From a virus, in the IMG/VR virus record IMGVR_UViG_3300038760_000071, positions 1-64,000 of that record: a DNA stretch of 64,000 bases, one strand, 5' to 3'. Of the stretch, positions 32,788-42,042 are shown one piece after another (within the stretch, counting starts at the first letter, position 1; each line of letters starts with the position of its first letter). Both the position numbers and the translations under genes were made by a program. The notes under the pieces were generated by a model. It made no database searches, had not been told where the DNA came from, and saw nothing but the letters and a program-made list of their open reading frames with translations.

Positions 32788-33588
32788 CTAGTTTTTCAAC
32801 TCTTTATTTTCATTGTGAATCGTCTTATTATGTATGTTTAAAAATATCTTAGACTCTATAGGTGATAAATTGTAGAATGTATTTGTACCTGGTAATATTT
32901 TCTGGAAGAACATGTATATTAATTCATAATAGGATTTTATATCTACCCTATATATGTTTGAGATAAATTGCATAACACCATTACCTACTATATCAACCTT
33001 TATCTCCTCAATACCAAATTGATCATTTTGCTGTATAATTGTAATATTAAGCAGCTCGTTAGATATATTATCTAAAAATTTATTAATTATAGTGAATACA
33101 TTAGCTGGTAGTTTACTCATAACCTGATTTTGTTCAGACACAGTTAAGTCTTTAAATTCTACTCGCTTATTATTAATAGTAATAAATTTAATAACCGATG
33201 TTAATAGATCGTCAATATCCTCGAAGAATGAGCAATTTGGTATACCTAAGCCTATTGTAAGATTGTCTACCACTATCTCCGTATCTAAATCTTTAAAGTT
33301 AGATTCCAGCTTCTCTAAAACTGTATCTAAGCTAATATCCACATTCTTACCATCTTTTGTTGTGAACGATAATGTCTCGCCAACAAACAACATCCTCACA
33401 TATATCAACATATAAAATCTATCATAAATATCAAGATCTTTATCTAAATATAACTCCTCAAATAATTCATTTAACCCAACTAAATCATTATTTTCACAAA
33501 ACTTTATAATATTTATATATTCCTTATTCTTAAGTTCGCGAACTCGCCGCTTTTTATTACTTGGGAGAGTTATTTCTGCTGTAAACAT
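32788..33588 (-). CDS. Baseplate hub assembly protein (gp26-like paralog)
   Basis: ITLPS.KK..VRELK.KE, DRFYMLIYVR..VGE pattern. Confidence 0.6.
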   Translation of the reverse strand: MFTAEITLPSNKKRRVRELKNKEYINIIKFCENNDLVGLNELFEELYLDKDLDIYDRFYMLIYVRMLFVGETLSFTTKDGKNVDISLDTVLEKLESNFKDLDTEIVVDNLTIGLGIPNCSFFEDIDDLLTSVIKFITINNKRVEFKDLTVSEQNQVMSKLPANVFTIINKFLDNISNELLNITIIQQNDQFGIEEIKVDIVGNGVMQFISNIYRVDIKSYYELIYMFFQKILPGTNTFYNLSPIESKIFLNIHNKTIHNENKELKN

Positions 33589-34337
33589 TATGAGGTGCGG
33601 CTAACCCCTTCAACTGTTACAGCACCTCTACTAATATCCTTTATTGTGTAATGTGAGAAGATAAATGATACGGTCTTAACTAGTTCATCGAAGCTTAAAT
33701 CATTATAACTAATCTTATCAGCCTCAATATTTGTAGGAGCGCAATCTTTAAACGTTAGTTGCTTGCGAGCTTTATATTCTACTTGTGGTCTAGTTAGTTT
33801 TTGCGACGACGCCACCTTATTTTTATAAGATCCCTGTGCGCGTGAGTATAAGGTAGCTACTATATTACATTTAATAGGTGCCTCATCATCTTCAATAAGC
33901 CCTTTATACGAGCATGCAACTACCCACGGTCGTATAAAGAAATCAATTATATCTCTATTTGTCTCTAGGAACGATATATCAATCTTATTACTCGAGCCAT
34001 AATCAGATCGCCTATCACCAACATACCCGGAACCGAATCCACCTGACCCTGGAACTGGCGCAGTAGTTACACTAAATTCTTCAGCGGGGAAGGATATAGC
34101 TTGAGCTAACAAATACCCAACACCGGTTTGATTATCTGTTTGATTATCTATTAACTTACTATCAACAGTCCAGACTTGTGGCTCATATAGGTTTACCCAA
34201 TATGAAATATTGGAACCAAGCTTCGTCATACTAGTACCATCCGTGGTACTAAAGTCTAATGTCCATAAAAATTTTAGCGGGATGTCATTATCCCAATCCT
34301 GGAATAACTTTAGTCTAGATAGAACTGGCTGTGGCAC
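33588..34337 (-). CDS. Tail tube-like protein
   Basis: LAQAISFP, IDISFLET, FIRPW, FKDCAPTNI tube-family pattern. Confidence 0.65.
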   Translation of the reverse strand: MPQPVLSRLKLFQDWDNDIPLKFLWTLDFSTTDGTSMTKLGSNISYWVNLYEPQVWTVDSKLIDNQTDNQTGVGYLLAQAISFPAEEFSVTTAPVPGSGGFGSGYVGDRRSDYGSSNKIDISFLETNRDIIDFFIRPWVVACSYKGLIEDDEAPIKCNIVATLYSRAQGSYKNKVASSQKLTRPQVEYKARKQLTFKDCAPTNIEADKISYNDLSFDELVKTVSFIFSHYTIKDISRGAVTVEGVSRTS

Positions 34338-34349
34338 TTAATTATTTAA

Positions 34350-34886
34350 TCACCTAACCTTGTTATAAAAGTGATAAGCTACTGTAGCTTTAACTTCAAC
34401 AGTTTCACCGGTACCACCAGATATGTTATATTCTATACCTTCAATGTTACGTAGAGAGGCTCCAACCAGTTTATATTCAGCAATAGGCTCTAGATCTTTA
34501 TCAAGTTGCGCTAGGTGGATAAAGAAATCATCATCTGGGGTACCAAACTCCCCTGTAGATGTAGTGTCATCAAATAGAGCTCTAGATGCATCCTCAAAGT
34601 AATTTCTGAGTTCACTTTTTGCATCTAAGAAGAATGTTAAATTATAACCTTCTGAACCTGGATACTTAACACTACCTGGTATATTAAAGTCGAGTCCCAT
34701 ATAAGGAGCTGCAACATTTGTAATAGTTCTACCTGGTAATGCTGCAGTCTTAACATATACCAACTCATTCTCTGTTAAAGCAGGAACACCCTGTAGTTGC
34801 AGCTGCGTTAACCTGAAGAGAAAATCACGACTAAAGTCACGATCTGCGGCAACGCGATAAAAGTTTTGAATCGATTGATTGACCAT
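34350..34886 (-). CDS. gp19: Tail tube protein (T4 gp19-like)
   Basis: VKTAALPG..V..PYMG..PG; immediately downstream of the sheath gene. Confidence 0.8.
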   Translation of the reverse strand: MVNQSIQNFYRVAADRDFSRDFLFRLTQLQLQGVPALTENELVYVKTAALPGRTITNVAAPYMGLDFNIPGSVKYPGSEGYNLTFFLDAKSELRNYFEDASRALFDDTTSTGEFGTPDDDFFIHLAQLDKDLEPIAEYKLVGASLRNIEGIEYNISGGTGETVEVKATVAYHFYNKVR

Positions 34887-34970
34887 AATAATATTTATGT
34901 CCTTCAGCTAAATTTACTGAGATGATGATTACATTTTAGTAAAATATTTTAGTATGAAGGTCATTACAAT

Positions 34971-35001
34971 AAAAAGCCGTGGCCTTTTAAGGCCACGGCT
35001 T
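34971..35001 (-). terminator. Rho-independent terminator after tail sheath gene
   Basis: AAGCCGTGGCC/GGCCACGGCTT inverted repeat followed by a U-tract on the minus strand. Confidence 0.85.
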
Positions 35002-35044
35002 GGAGGGAAGAAATTATACACCAATAATAATTTCTTCCGAGGGA

Positions 35045-37396
35045 TTACCCACCGATGATCTCCTCAAAGTTTGCATCCGTAGAGGTGGCGTAGAAATTCA
35101 CCAATATAAATTCTGCTGTACGTACCGGTTTTAGATATATATCTACAACCAACTCATTCTGGTCAATAACAGTAGGTGTATTGTTACGTTCATCACAAAC
35201 AATAATATAATCATATAGACCATCATCCGCTTTAACTCTCTCAAAGAATGGAGTTAATGTATTAACAACACGTGTTCTTGTGAATAGTGTATTATTCTCA
35301 AACAAGAAATACTGCATTGTGCGCTTTGTAATCTTTTCCAAGTAGATGAATGTTCTTCGAACATTGATTCTATCAAACGCACTAGGCTTTCTAAGAAGGG
35401 TCTTTTGTCCAAAGAATACATTACCTTGATCTGCGAGAGTTGTAATAGGGTTTAAATTTGATGTATATAAATCATCTCGCTGTCTCTGGTTTGGTGAGAG
35501 TGCAATATCACTAGCATCTGTTATAATACCTCTATTTAAACCAGCCGGCGCACCCCATGGGCCGATCTGAGCATCTGTACTAGCCATTTTAGCGGAAGCG
35601 AAGCCAGACGGTGGTACATACACATATAAACCGGAGTAGTTGTCATACACCTTCATATAGTTCGCGTAGACAGTTGCATATGAAGTGTTTGCTAGCTCAA
35701 ACTGATGTCTTAATGCCCAATATGCATGAACATAAAAGTTTTTAGTTTTATCATCTTGAATTTTGTTATCCTTACCAGTTACTACGATCTGTCTAATCGG
35801 GTCTGCAATATATAGAATATCACCTCTACCACCATCTTTAACAGGTCCACAGAAAGTAGCAAACTTATTAAAGATTGTAGTATATGCTGTCCTAGCTTTT
35901 GTACCTGTAGCATTTAGATCATTTGATGTTCTTAGAGCTTCGATAGATGTAGTTGTACGAGTATCATCATAACCATACCCGGAGAGCGAAGCACTTGCTG
36001 TTTGGTTATATGTCCATATGGAACCAATACCACCCTCAGCAATAATATCAATATTAAATTTCCTATCATTCCTGATTCGATCAAGCGCGCGATCCAGTTT
36101 CTGTGGAATGTTGCCGGCTACCTTTGTCTCTAAGTTTGTTTCACCATAAGCACCTAACGCATATATTGAATCAGCCGTCCCAATGGCATTAATCGCGTCG
36201 GTCATAAAGGATCCGTCGGCGTATCCAGCACCAACAATCGATGATAAAATATTGCCATTTGTAAAATTATCAGATAAGGATTGAGTTAAAACTCTCAATT
36301 TCGTTCTAGGGGTACCATCAGAATTAAGCTTAACACCACTTATCTGATCAGACAAAAACGGGTTAACAATAATATCAATATTTCTAGAGTCATTCTCAAC
36401 ATTTTCTAAGAAGTAGTTAATTGGTGCACCACCATTATCGGAATTACGTTGTCTATAATAACCGATTGACCCATTATAACCTTCCTCTAATAGATAATCT
36501 AGTCTGTTTGCCTCTTTAGAGAAAACAGATTGTCTAAGCTTAAAGACTCCAATATTGAGAGCGTCATCAAATTCTCTAGTGGAAATGTCATAACCAGTGA
36601 TTCGATCCTCCATCACTTGTGAGATGGAGTTTGTCGCCGGGTTATCGCCAAACTCTGGTGTAGCTGATAGAGCAAATTCCAACCTACTGGTTGGCACTGT
36701 TGTATATGAATCAATACCAGATACACTAGCAGACTGTGTTACTGTCTCAACACTTAGGATAGACTCAAAAGCACGTGCTGGGTTAATATTAGTATTATCT
36801 GCAATACCTAAATAATATCCATTAAACTGACCATCAATAACAGTCTGAGATTTGTTAACTACAATTAAAGCTGCACCTGATAAGGCTGTAAGCGTTTTCC
36901 AACTGGTAGGGGCGGTGGCTGCTGAACCCCAACCGACAGGAAATAGCTCACCACTTTTAAGTTGTAAGTATTCCTGCTCTGTAATATTATATTGTTTAGG
37001 TGCACCTAAGAAATAAGAGCCTGCGCTTACAGTAAAGTTTTGTGTAGCTACTTCTGCAGTTCTATCATAACCCTTGGCGGGGTATGCTAAAACACTGTAA
37101 TAAGAACCAAACCCGTCACCACCGGCCTCACCATATGGTAATCGATTAACTAGCAAACTACCTGTAGAGTTTAGTGCTGCTCTAGCAGTATGATAAAAGT
37201 ATCTCTCAGCCGGTGTTCTCGGTGATCCGTAAATTTGCTCAAATTCAGTAATATTGCTCACCCCAACTACTTCATCTGTTGGACCTTGGTTCGCAAACCC
37301 GGTAATGTAGGTAGTTGTACCCTGTGAAACAGTTCTTAGGGAGAGATCACTTTCTCGGATCTCAACCCCTGGCGATTGTATTGTGCGCTTGGACAT
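35045..37396 (-). CDS. gp18: Tail sheath protein (T4 gp18-like)
   Basis: SPGVEIRESDLS, PWGAPAGLNRG, GQKTL..SAFDRINVRR, ERNNTP.VID.NEL motifs. Confidence 0.96.
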   Translation of the reverse strand: MSKRTIQSPGVEIRESDLSLRTVSQGTTTYITGFANQGPTDEVVGVSNITEFEQIYGSPRTPAERYFYHTARAALNSTGSLLVNRLPYGEAGGDGFGSYYSVLAYPAKGYDRTAEVATQNFTVSAGSYFLGAPKQYNITEQEYLQLKSGELFPVGWGSAATAPTSWKTLTALSGAALIVVNKSQTVIDGQFNGYYLGIADNTNINPARAFESILSVETVTQSASVSGIDSYTTVPTSRLEFALSATPEFGDNPATNSISQVMEDRITGYDISTREFDDALNIGVFKLRQSVFSKEANRLDYLLEEGYNGSIGYYRQRNSDNGGAPINYFLENVENDSRNIDIIVNPFLSDQISGVKLNSDGTPRTKLRVLTQSLSDNFTNGNILSSIVGAGYADGSFMTDAINAIGTADSIYALGAYGETNLETKVAGNIPQKLDRALDRIRNDRKFNIDIIAEGGIGSIWTYNQTASASLSGYGYDDTRTTTSIEALRTSNDLNATGTKARTAYTTIFNKFATFCGPVKDGGRGDILYIADPIRQIVVTGKDNKIQDDKTKNFYVHAYWALRHQFELANTSYATVYANYMKVYDNYSGLYVYVPPSGFASAKMASTDAQIGPWGAPAGLNRGIITDASDIALSPNQRQRDDLYTSNLNPITTLADQGNVFFGQKTLLRKPSAFDRINVRRTFIYLEKITKRTMQYFLFENNTLFTRTRVVNTLTPFFERVKADDGLYDYIIVCDERNNTPTVIDQNELVVDIYLKPVRTAEFILVNFYATSTDANFEEIIGG

Positions 37397-37447
37397 AAAA
37401 TTATTTATGGTATTTTACACAATAATTGCTAGTTTCTAAAACCTTAT

Positions 37448-38023
37448 TTATAAATTAAGCAATTTAGTATGTAACTGAGAATAAACAAAAGTCATAGAAG
37501 TGTTTATTTCGGCTGCGTCTCTGTAATTATACGCAATATTACCCAAAACTGTAGGAAATGCTTTAGTGTATGTAAACTGTATTCGTTTGTTTTCATACTC
37601 ATCAACACCATATATTGTCATATCAGTCTGATAGTTACTATATTCACTACTAACAAGATTATCAGCATCATACAGACCCGTTTTATCATCATGCATTAAA
37701 TCTAACCATTTATATATTACCCAATAGTTATTAAACTCGTTATCAACTGTAAAGTCGATAGTAACCGGTGGGTAAGCATCTCTAGCATGTGACGATTGAT
37801 AGAGGGTATTCCCCGCGTAAGGTATTTTCATAGCAGGTACAACTAGCTCTGGAACAACAGTACCATAAATTGAAAATTGGAATGAATCTTCAGAAACATT
37901 AAATGATGCCCGAGTATCTCTTTTCTGAACTTTACGTAATGCTAGTGGTAGCTGGAAAACCATTATAAATTTGTCTATCCGGCCCTTATTGAGTAGGGAT
38001 TGTTTATTTACATTTGTAGGCAT
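37448..38023 (-). CDS. Tail tube terminator / tail completion protein (T4 gp3-like)
   Basis: FTVDNEFNNYWVIYKWL, AFPT.LG motifs. Confidence 0.7.
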   Translation of the reverse strand: MPTNVNKQSLLNKGRIDKFIMVFQLPLALRKVQKRDTRASFNVSEDSFQFSIYGTVVPELVVPAMKIPYAGNTLYQSSHARDAYPPVTIDFTVDNEFNNYWVIYKWLDLMHDDKTGLYDADNLVSSEYSNYQTDMTIYGVDEYENKRIQFTYTKAFPTVLGNIAYNYRDAAEINTSMTFVYSQLHTKLLNL

Positions 38024-38031
38024 AATAATAT

Positions 38032-39525
38032 TTATGCTAAAGGCTCATATCCAAACATTGATAGCTCATTCATATCATCTTGAGCTTGATCAGCACCCAT
38101 ACCGAAAACTATAGGCGGTAAGCAAGAATTATTATCACCCACTATTTCATTATCTAAATATAAAGATGTTGCATCTTCAAAATATTGAATACCGAAATCC
38201 ATTTGTTCAATAGTAGCAGGTTTACCTCGCTCATCTAGTTCCACAATTTCAAAAAATCTTTCTGTTATTTCTTTCTCTAGAATGAACAGAGCGTATAGCA
38301 ATGACATCACTCTATCATCATGATGACTTCTCCTAGCCTTCCATGTACCGTTTGGCCATCGAACAAAATTCTTAAGCTCAGTTAAAGTTTCTATATCATT
38401 AATCTGAACTGCTCGTACATCATTAATAAAATATCGCATGTTTAATACACCCTGATATTTTGTATTAGTATGAGCAATCATACCTAGCATTATATTTTTC
38501 CTATGAGCCGCTTTATTACCATATGATACAATTTTCTCATATCCCATATCATTCGCTAACCTATCTACAACTTGTGCACCACAATTATTACGCTCAATTA
38601 ATGCCAACGGCATGCCGTAGTTACGGAGAACAGAATATACCTTAGTTGCAAATTCAAGAGGAGGTATTTTATTGCTAGTATAACAAGCAACCTGCCGTAT
38701 ATCTTTAATATCTGTTATATCTAATATTTGTATACATGATGAGTCGGCACCAACACCCTCCGCTGTATCAACACCAGCAACATAAACACGTGATGGGTCT
38801 GCCTCTTCCCATATCTTATAATGACCATCATCTAAAATAATTTTTGGATCTCGAGTCTTAGAAACCATCTCCTCAAATAAATCATCATCAATTGATGATT
38901 CACCTGTTGATAAAAATTCGCAATTAAATTCTTGTCTCCACGCATCATTTGATCCAATTGCCTGTCTAGTAGATTTAACCCAATCATCATCTCTATCCGG
39001 CACTTCATGCCACATAATTTTATCATGCGCCCAGCCATTTTCACCATCCACTGCACCCTTATATAATGTATGAAATAGATTATCATTACCATTTGCGGTA
39101 CTACATACAAATACCTTGGATTTCTTCGACGATGTAATTACTGGAAAAACTGACTTCCAAAACTCCTCAATTAGGTGAGTGTTATGGGAGAGAATACCGT
39201 TAGTATAATACTTATGCGTCCTCTCAACCTCAACAAAATCATAAACCTTCTCTTCACGACCAATATCAATAATATCAACAACCTCACATAGACCATCTAC
39301 AGTTTTAATTCTATGACCTATTGAATCACATGCAAGAATAACATCCCCAGCTGCATCAATAAACCCATGGTTTTTAGATACGTGTATATAATCACCGTTA
39401 TCTAAAACAACTTGAAATAGCTTCTTCTTTGAATATTCAGCAATACCCTTAAAGTCTCTCCAACCCTCATCTGTTTCTATTTCCCATTCATCATTAGGAA
39501 TGAATCTTTCTATATCTTCTCGCAT
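38032..39525 (-). CDS. terL: Terminase large subunit fragment 3: split-intein C-half (aa 1-115) plus C-terminal ATPase part and nuclease domain (382 aa)
   Basis: ..YYTNGILSHN|THLIEEFW..STANG..QEFNCEF..GVDTAEGVGADSS..HDDRVM. Confidence 0.93.
   Translation of the reverse strand: MREDIERFIPNDEWEIETDEGWRDFKGIAEYSKKKLFQVVLDNGDYIHVSKNHGFIDAAGDVILACDSIGHRIKTVDGLCEVVDIIDIGREEKVYDFVEVERTHKYYTNGILSHNTHLIEEFWKSVFPVITSSKKSKVFVCSTANGNDNLFHTLYKGAVDGENGWAHDKIMWHEVPDRDDDWVKSTRQAIGSNDAWRQEFNCEFLSTGESSIDDDLFEEMVSKTRDPKIILDDGHYKIWEEADPSRVYVAGVDTAEGVGADSSCIQILDITDIKDIRQVACYTSNKIPPLEFATKVYSVLRNYGMPLALIERNNCGAQVVDRLANDMGYEKIVSYGNKAAHRKNIMLGMIAHTNTKYQGVLNMRYFINDVRAVQINDIETLTELKNFVRWPNGTWKARRSHHDDRVMSLLYALFILEKEITERFFEIVELDERGKPATIEQMDFGIQYFEDATSLYLDNEIVGDNNSCLPPIVFGMGADQAQDDMNELSMFGYEPLA
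39181..39525 (-). other. Split intein B, C-fragment (115 aa)
   Basis: Block B-like SKNH, block F KVYD, terminal HN followed by Thr. Confidence 0.9.
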
Positions 39526-40685
39526 AAGTCTTCTTTTGTTATTATCTTAAAAGCATAATCATTCTCTCTACACCACAATCGAGCTGCTTCAAACTTCGAC
39601 TGATTCAAAGGTTGATTTACAAACTCACGTGGCTTTACCTCGTATAATACTTTATTTACCTGATCACAAAAATCGACAATGTAAACTCGTTCCTTATTAT
39701 CATATGTGTAAGGAATTCGAATTAATTCATAATCTAAATGAGGATTATTTTCATGAAACATTACCTCCCAACTACTACGATAATTATTAAGTCCAGTTAA
39801 CTCTGAATATAACTTTTTATTGGAATATCTGTTGTTTGTATTTGGTGTAAATTCTCCGGTTAAAATCTTATTCCTCATAACATCGCTCATCTTTTTATAT
39901 ATTCCCCTAGCTCTATTTTTTTTTGTGAGTTTATCTCTCTTATCTTTTGTCCACGTCTTCTTATTTGACGTAGATATCTTGCTTTTTGTTGTTTCGCTAT
40001 GATGGTATCCCCTACGAGATTTCACTCTCCGCTCTTTAACATCACCAGATTGCAAATAAGACAAATCACGATCCTTCCCAATAGTACTCAAAACATCACT
40101 AATACATCGCTTCTTACTACACGTTTTATTCAAGAAGAATGTATTCCTATTTTTAAAGCTGCAATAATCACCACATATACAGTATATTGAATCATTACAC
40201 ATACTTGCAAATTTATATTTAATATCCTCAATACCTTCTGTATGTTTAGATATATTGTGAATTAAGTCCTTATCATTTAGCAATGATGTATAGGCTGCTC
40301 GTTGAACATAGTCAGATAATCGTAGCATCGTCTCATCCGGAGGCATTGATATACCATCTTCAAAGATACCATCTTTTAATCTATCAATAAAGGATGCAAT
40401 TGACTTTCCACTAAACGACACACCACCTTTAACATAGCCACGTTTATAGCTAATAAACTTCAAGTCTGGTAGGTAGTCGACATCATTAACTATATGATAT
40501 AACTTTTGACCGAGTGGTAGCTCATCTAACGTAGGTGTATCTCTATAATACTCATTTATAAAATTATAAACCTTCTCACCATCTTCGTATTTATCATACC
40601 ATGCTCTATAATATGAGTTTTTATTAAGCTTCTTATCCTCAAAGAAATCAACTATACATGACTGCATATAACGTTTATCGATCAT
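39510..40685 (-). CDS. Free-standing putative homing endonuclease (NUMOD3-like plus TnsA-like PD-(D/E)XK nuclease)
   Basis: GYHHSETTKSKIS; YRSSWE..RIPY..YIVDF..EVKP..KFEAA; sits between the two halves of intein B. Confidence 0.75.
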   Translation of the reverse strand: MIDKRYMQSCIVDFFEDKKLNKNSYYRAWYDKYEDGEKVYNFINEYYRDTPTLDELPLGQKLYHIVNDVDYLPDLKFISYKRGYVKGGVSFSGKSIASFIDRLKDGIFEDGISMPPDETMLRLSDYVQRAAYTSLLNDKDLIHNISKHTEGIEDIKYKFASMCNDSIYCICGDYCSFKNRNTFFLNKTCSKKRCISDVLSTIGKDRDLSYLQSGDVKERRVKSRRGYHHSETTKSKISTSNKKTWTKDKRDKLTKKNRARGIYKKMSDVMRNKILTGEFTPNTNNRYSNKKLYSELTGLNNYRSSWEVMFHENNPHLDYELIRIPYTYDNKERVYIVDFCDQVNKVLYEVKPREFVNQPLNQSKFEAARLWCRENDYAFKIITKEDLCEKI

Positions 40686-40693
40686 ATATTTAT

Positions 40694-41161
40694 TTATGTC
40701 TTTTGGATAATATTCTCAATACTTCTTGTGACTATCTCCCCTGTATTTTTATTACGTAGCCTTACTGTAGTATCTTTAGACACACACTCAATGAAAGCCA
40801 TCTCATCAATCACTAAGCATTGATGACTTAATACACCGTTAGCGTAATATGTATGAGTTTTCTCAACTTCTAGCAGCTCGTATACTTTACTATCATCAGT
40901 GTAAGTGGCAATATCGGTAATTTCAATACCACCATATAATTTATTTTTAATTAAAAGATCTTTTGCATAAACGATCTCCTCGTTTTCTGCTAACAGTTTA
41001 TGTAGAGGTGTACATATTAACTCTTTATCACTAGAGAGTGTGAGTTTAATTTTTGAAGGGTTACTACCGATTATAAGCCCTTTAAAGTCTCTGAAACCGT
41101 CGTTTGTTAGTACTTGATATTTGCTATTTTTAAAGCATTTATATTTTGTTAAGTCTGCCAT
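40694..41161 (-). CDS. terL: Terminase large subunit fragment 2: IntC-A (114 aa) + Walker B extein CLVIDEMAFIE + IntN-B (30 aa)
   Basis: ..YYANGVLSHQ|CLVIDEMAFIE|CVSKDTTVRLR..; junction codons checked in the DNA. Confidence 0.9.
   Translation of the reverse strand: MADLTKYKCFKNSKYQVLTNDGFRDFKGLIIGSNPSKIKLTLSSDKELICTPLHKLLAENEEIVYAKDLLIKNKLYGGIEITDIATYTDDSKVYELLEVEKTHTYYANGVLSHQCLVIDEMAFIECVSKDTTVRLRNKNTGEIVTRSIENIIQKT
40697..40786 (-). other. Split intein B, N-fragment (30 aa)
   Basis: Block A CVSKDTTV, then stop after 30 aa. Confidence 0.85.
40820..41161 (-). other. Split intein A, C-fragment (114 aa, ends His-Gln)
   Basis: Block B CTPLH, block F KVYE, terminal HQ followed by Cys. Confidence 0.88.
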
Positions 41162-41165
41162 CTTA

Positions 41166-41990
41166 CTATTTTATTTTTGTTTCGAGATTTGTACCTCTTT
41201 TTGGGAAGCATTTAGGACAAGCGGGTCTATGACCAATAGATAAATCATGATAAAATCTAGCGTCACACTCTTGACATACCCATTTATATTTTTTATACAG
41301 TGCAACTCCGTTATACGTCTCATCCAACTTAACGTTATAATCTGTCTCAATTTTAGAGATTAATTTAACTTGCTTTGTAAAAATGGCGCGCTGCGTAATA
41401 GCCTCAGATTGCATTGGGTTATCTACACCATATTTTTCATTCAATGTCTTTCGAGCTTTATTTTTATAATCTTCAGTCTGAAAAAAGTGATCAACACCGT
41501 ATTTTAAGTTATTATGTTTAACTCGTGTTGTCTTAAGCTTAGATATATCGCTACACGTTTTATTACTCCATGTATTAATCACTTTACTTTTAAAATCCTC
41601 GCTCTGCTGGTATATCTCGCTCCCGTATTTCTCCTGGTTGGTTGCCTTACTATGTGATTGACCGGCTTTTGATTGCAACCAAGACGTTGCACCATATTTC
41701 TCTATATTAGTTAATTTAATCTCCTCAACATTATATTTATTACTACATTTACGACAACAAAACTTACCATACCCGGATTTAAAATCCCGGTATTTGAGAA
41801 TACTATTACACTGCATGCATGTTGGTGTCTCTGATATATTATGACACACATTATACGCATTACGAGCAAATGTTAACTCAGAGTCATATAGTTCATGTTG
41901 CTTTATAAATGTCACTTCATCACCGTGGAGATATTTCGGAAAAACCTTAGGTATATTTGTAAGCGTTAATAGTACACTATTCACATCCAT
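41166..41990 (-). CDS. Homing-endonuclease-type DNA-binding protein, apparently lacking its C-terminal nuclease domain
   Basis: CxxC pairs and four (E/L)KYG repeats; ends CPKCFPKRGTNLETKIK*. Start moved to ATG 41990 (TAAATA-5nt-ATG). Confidence 0.65.
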   Translation of the reverse strand: MDVNSVLLTLTNIPKVFPKYLHGDEVTFIKQHELYDSELTFARNAYNVCHNISETPTCMQCNSILKYRDFKSGYGKFCCRKCSNKYNVEEIKLTNIEKYGATSWLQSKAGQSHSKATNQEKYGSEIYQQSEDFKSKVINTWSNKTCSDISKLKTTRVKHNNLKYGVDHFFQTEDYKNKARKTLNEKYGVDNPMQSEAITQRAIFTKQVKLISKIETDYNVKLDETYNGVALYKKYKWVCQECDARFYHDLSIGHRPACPKCFPKRGTNLETKIK

Positions 41991-42042
41991 AATAGTATTT
42001 ATTACCCAATTGGGTAAAGCCACCGGTAAAGGTATTATATTT

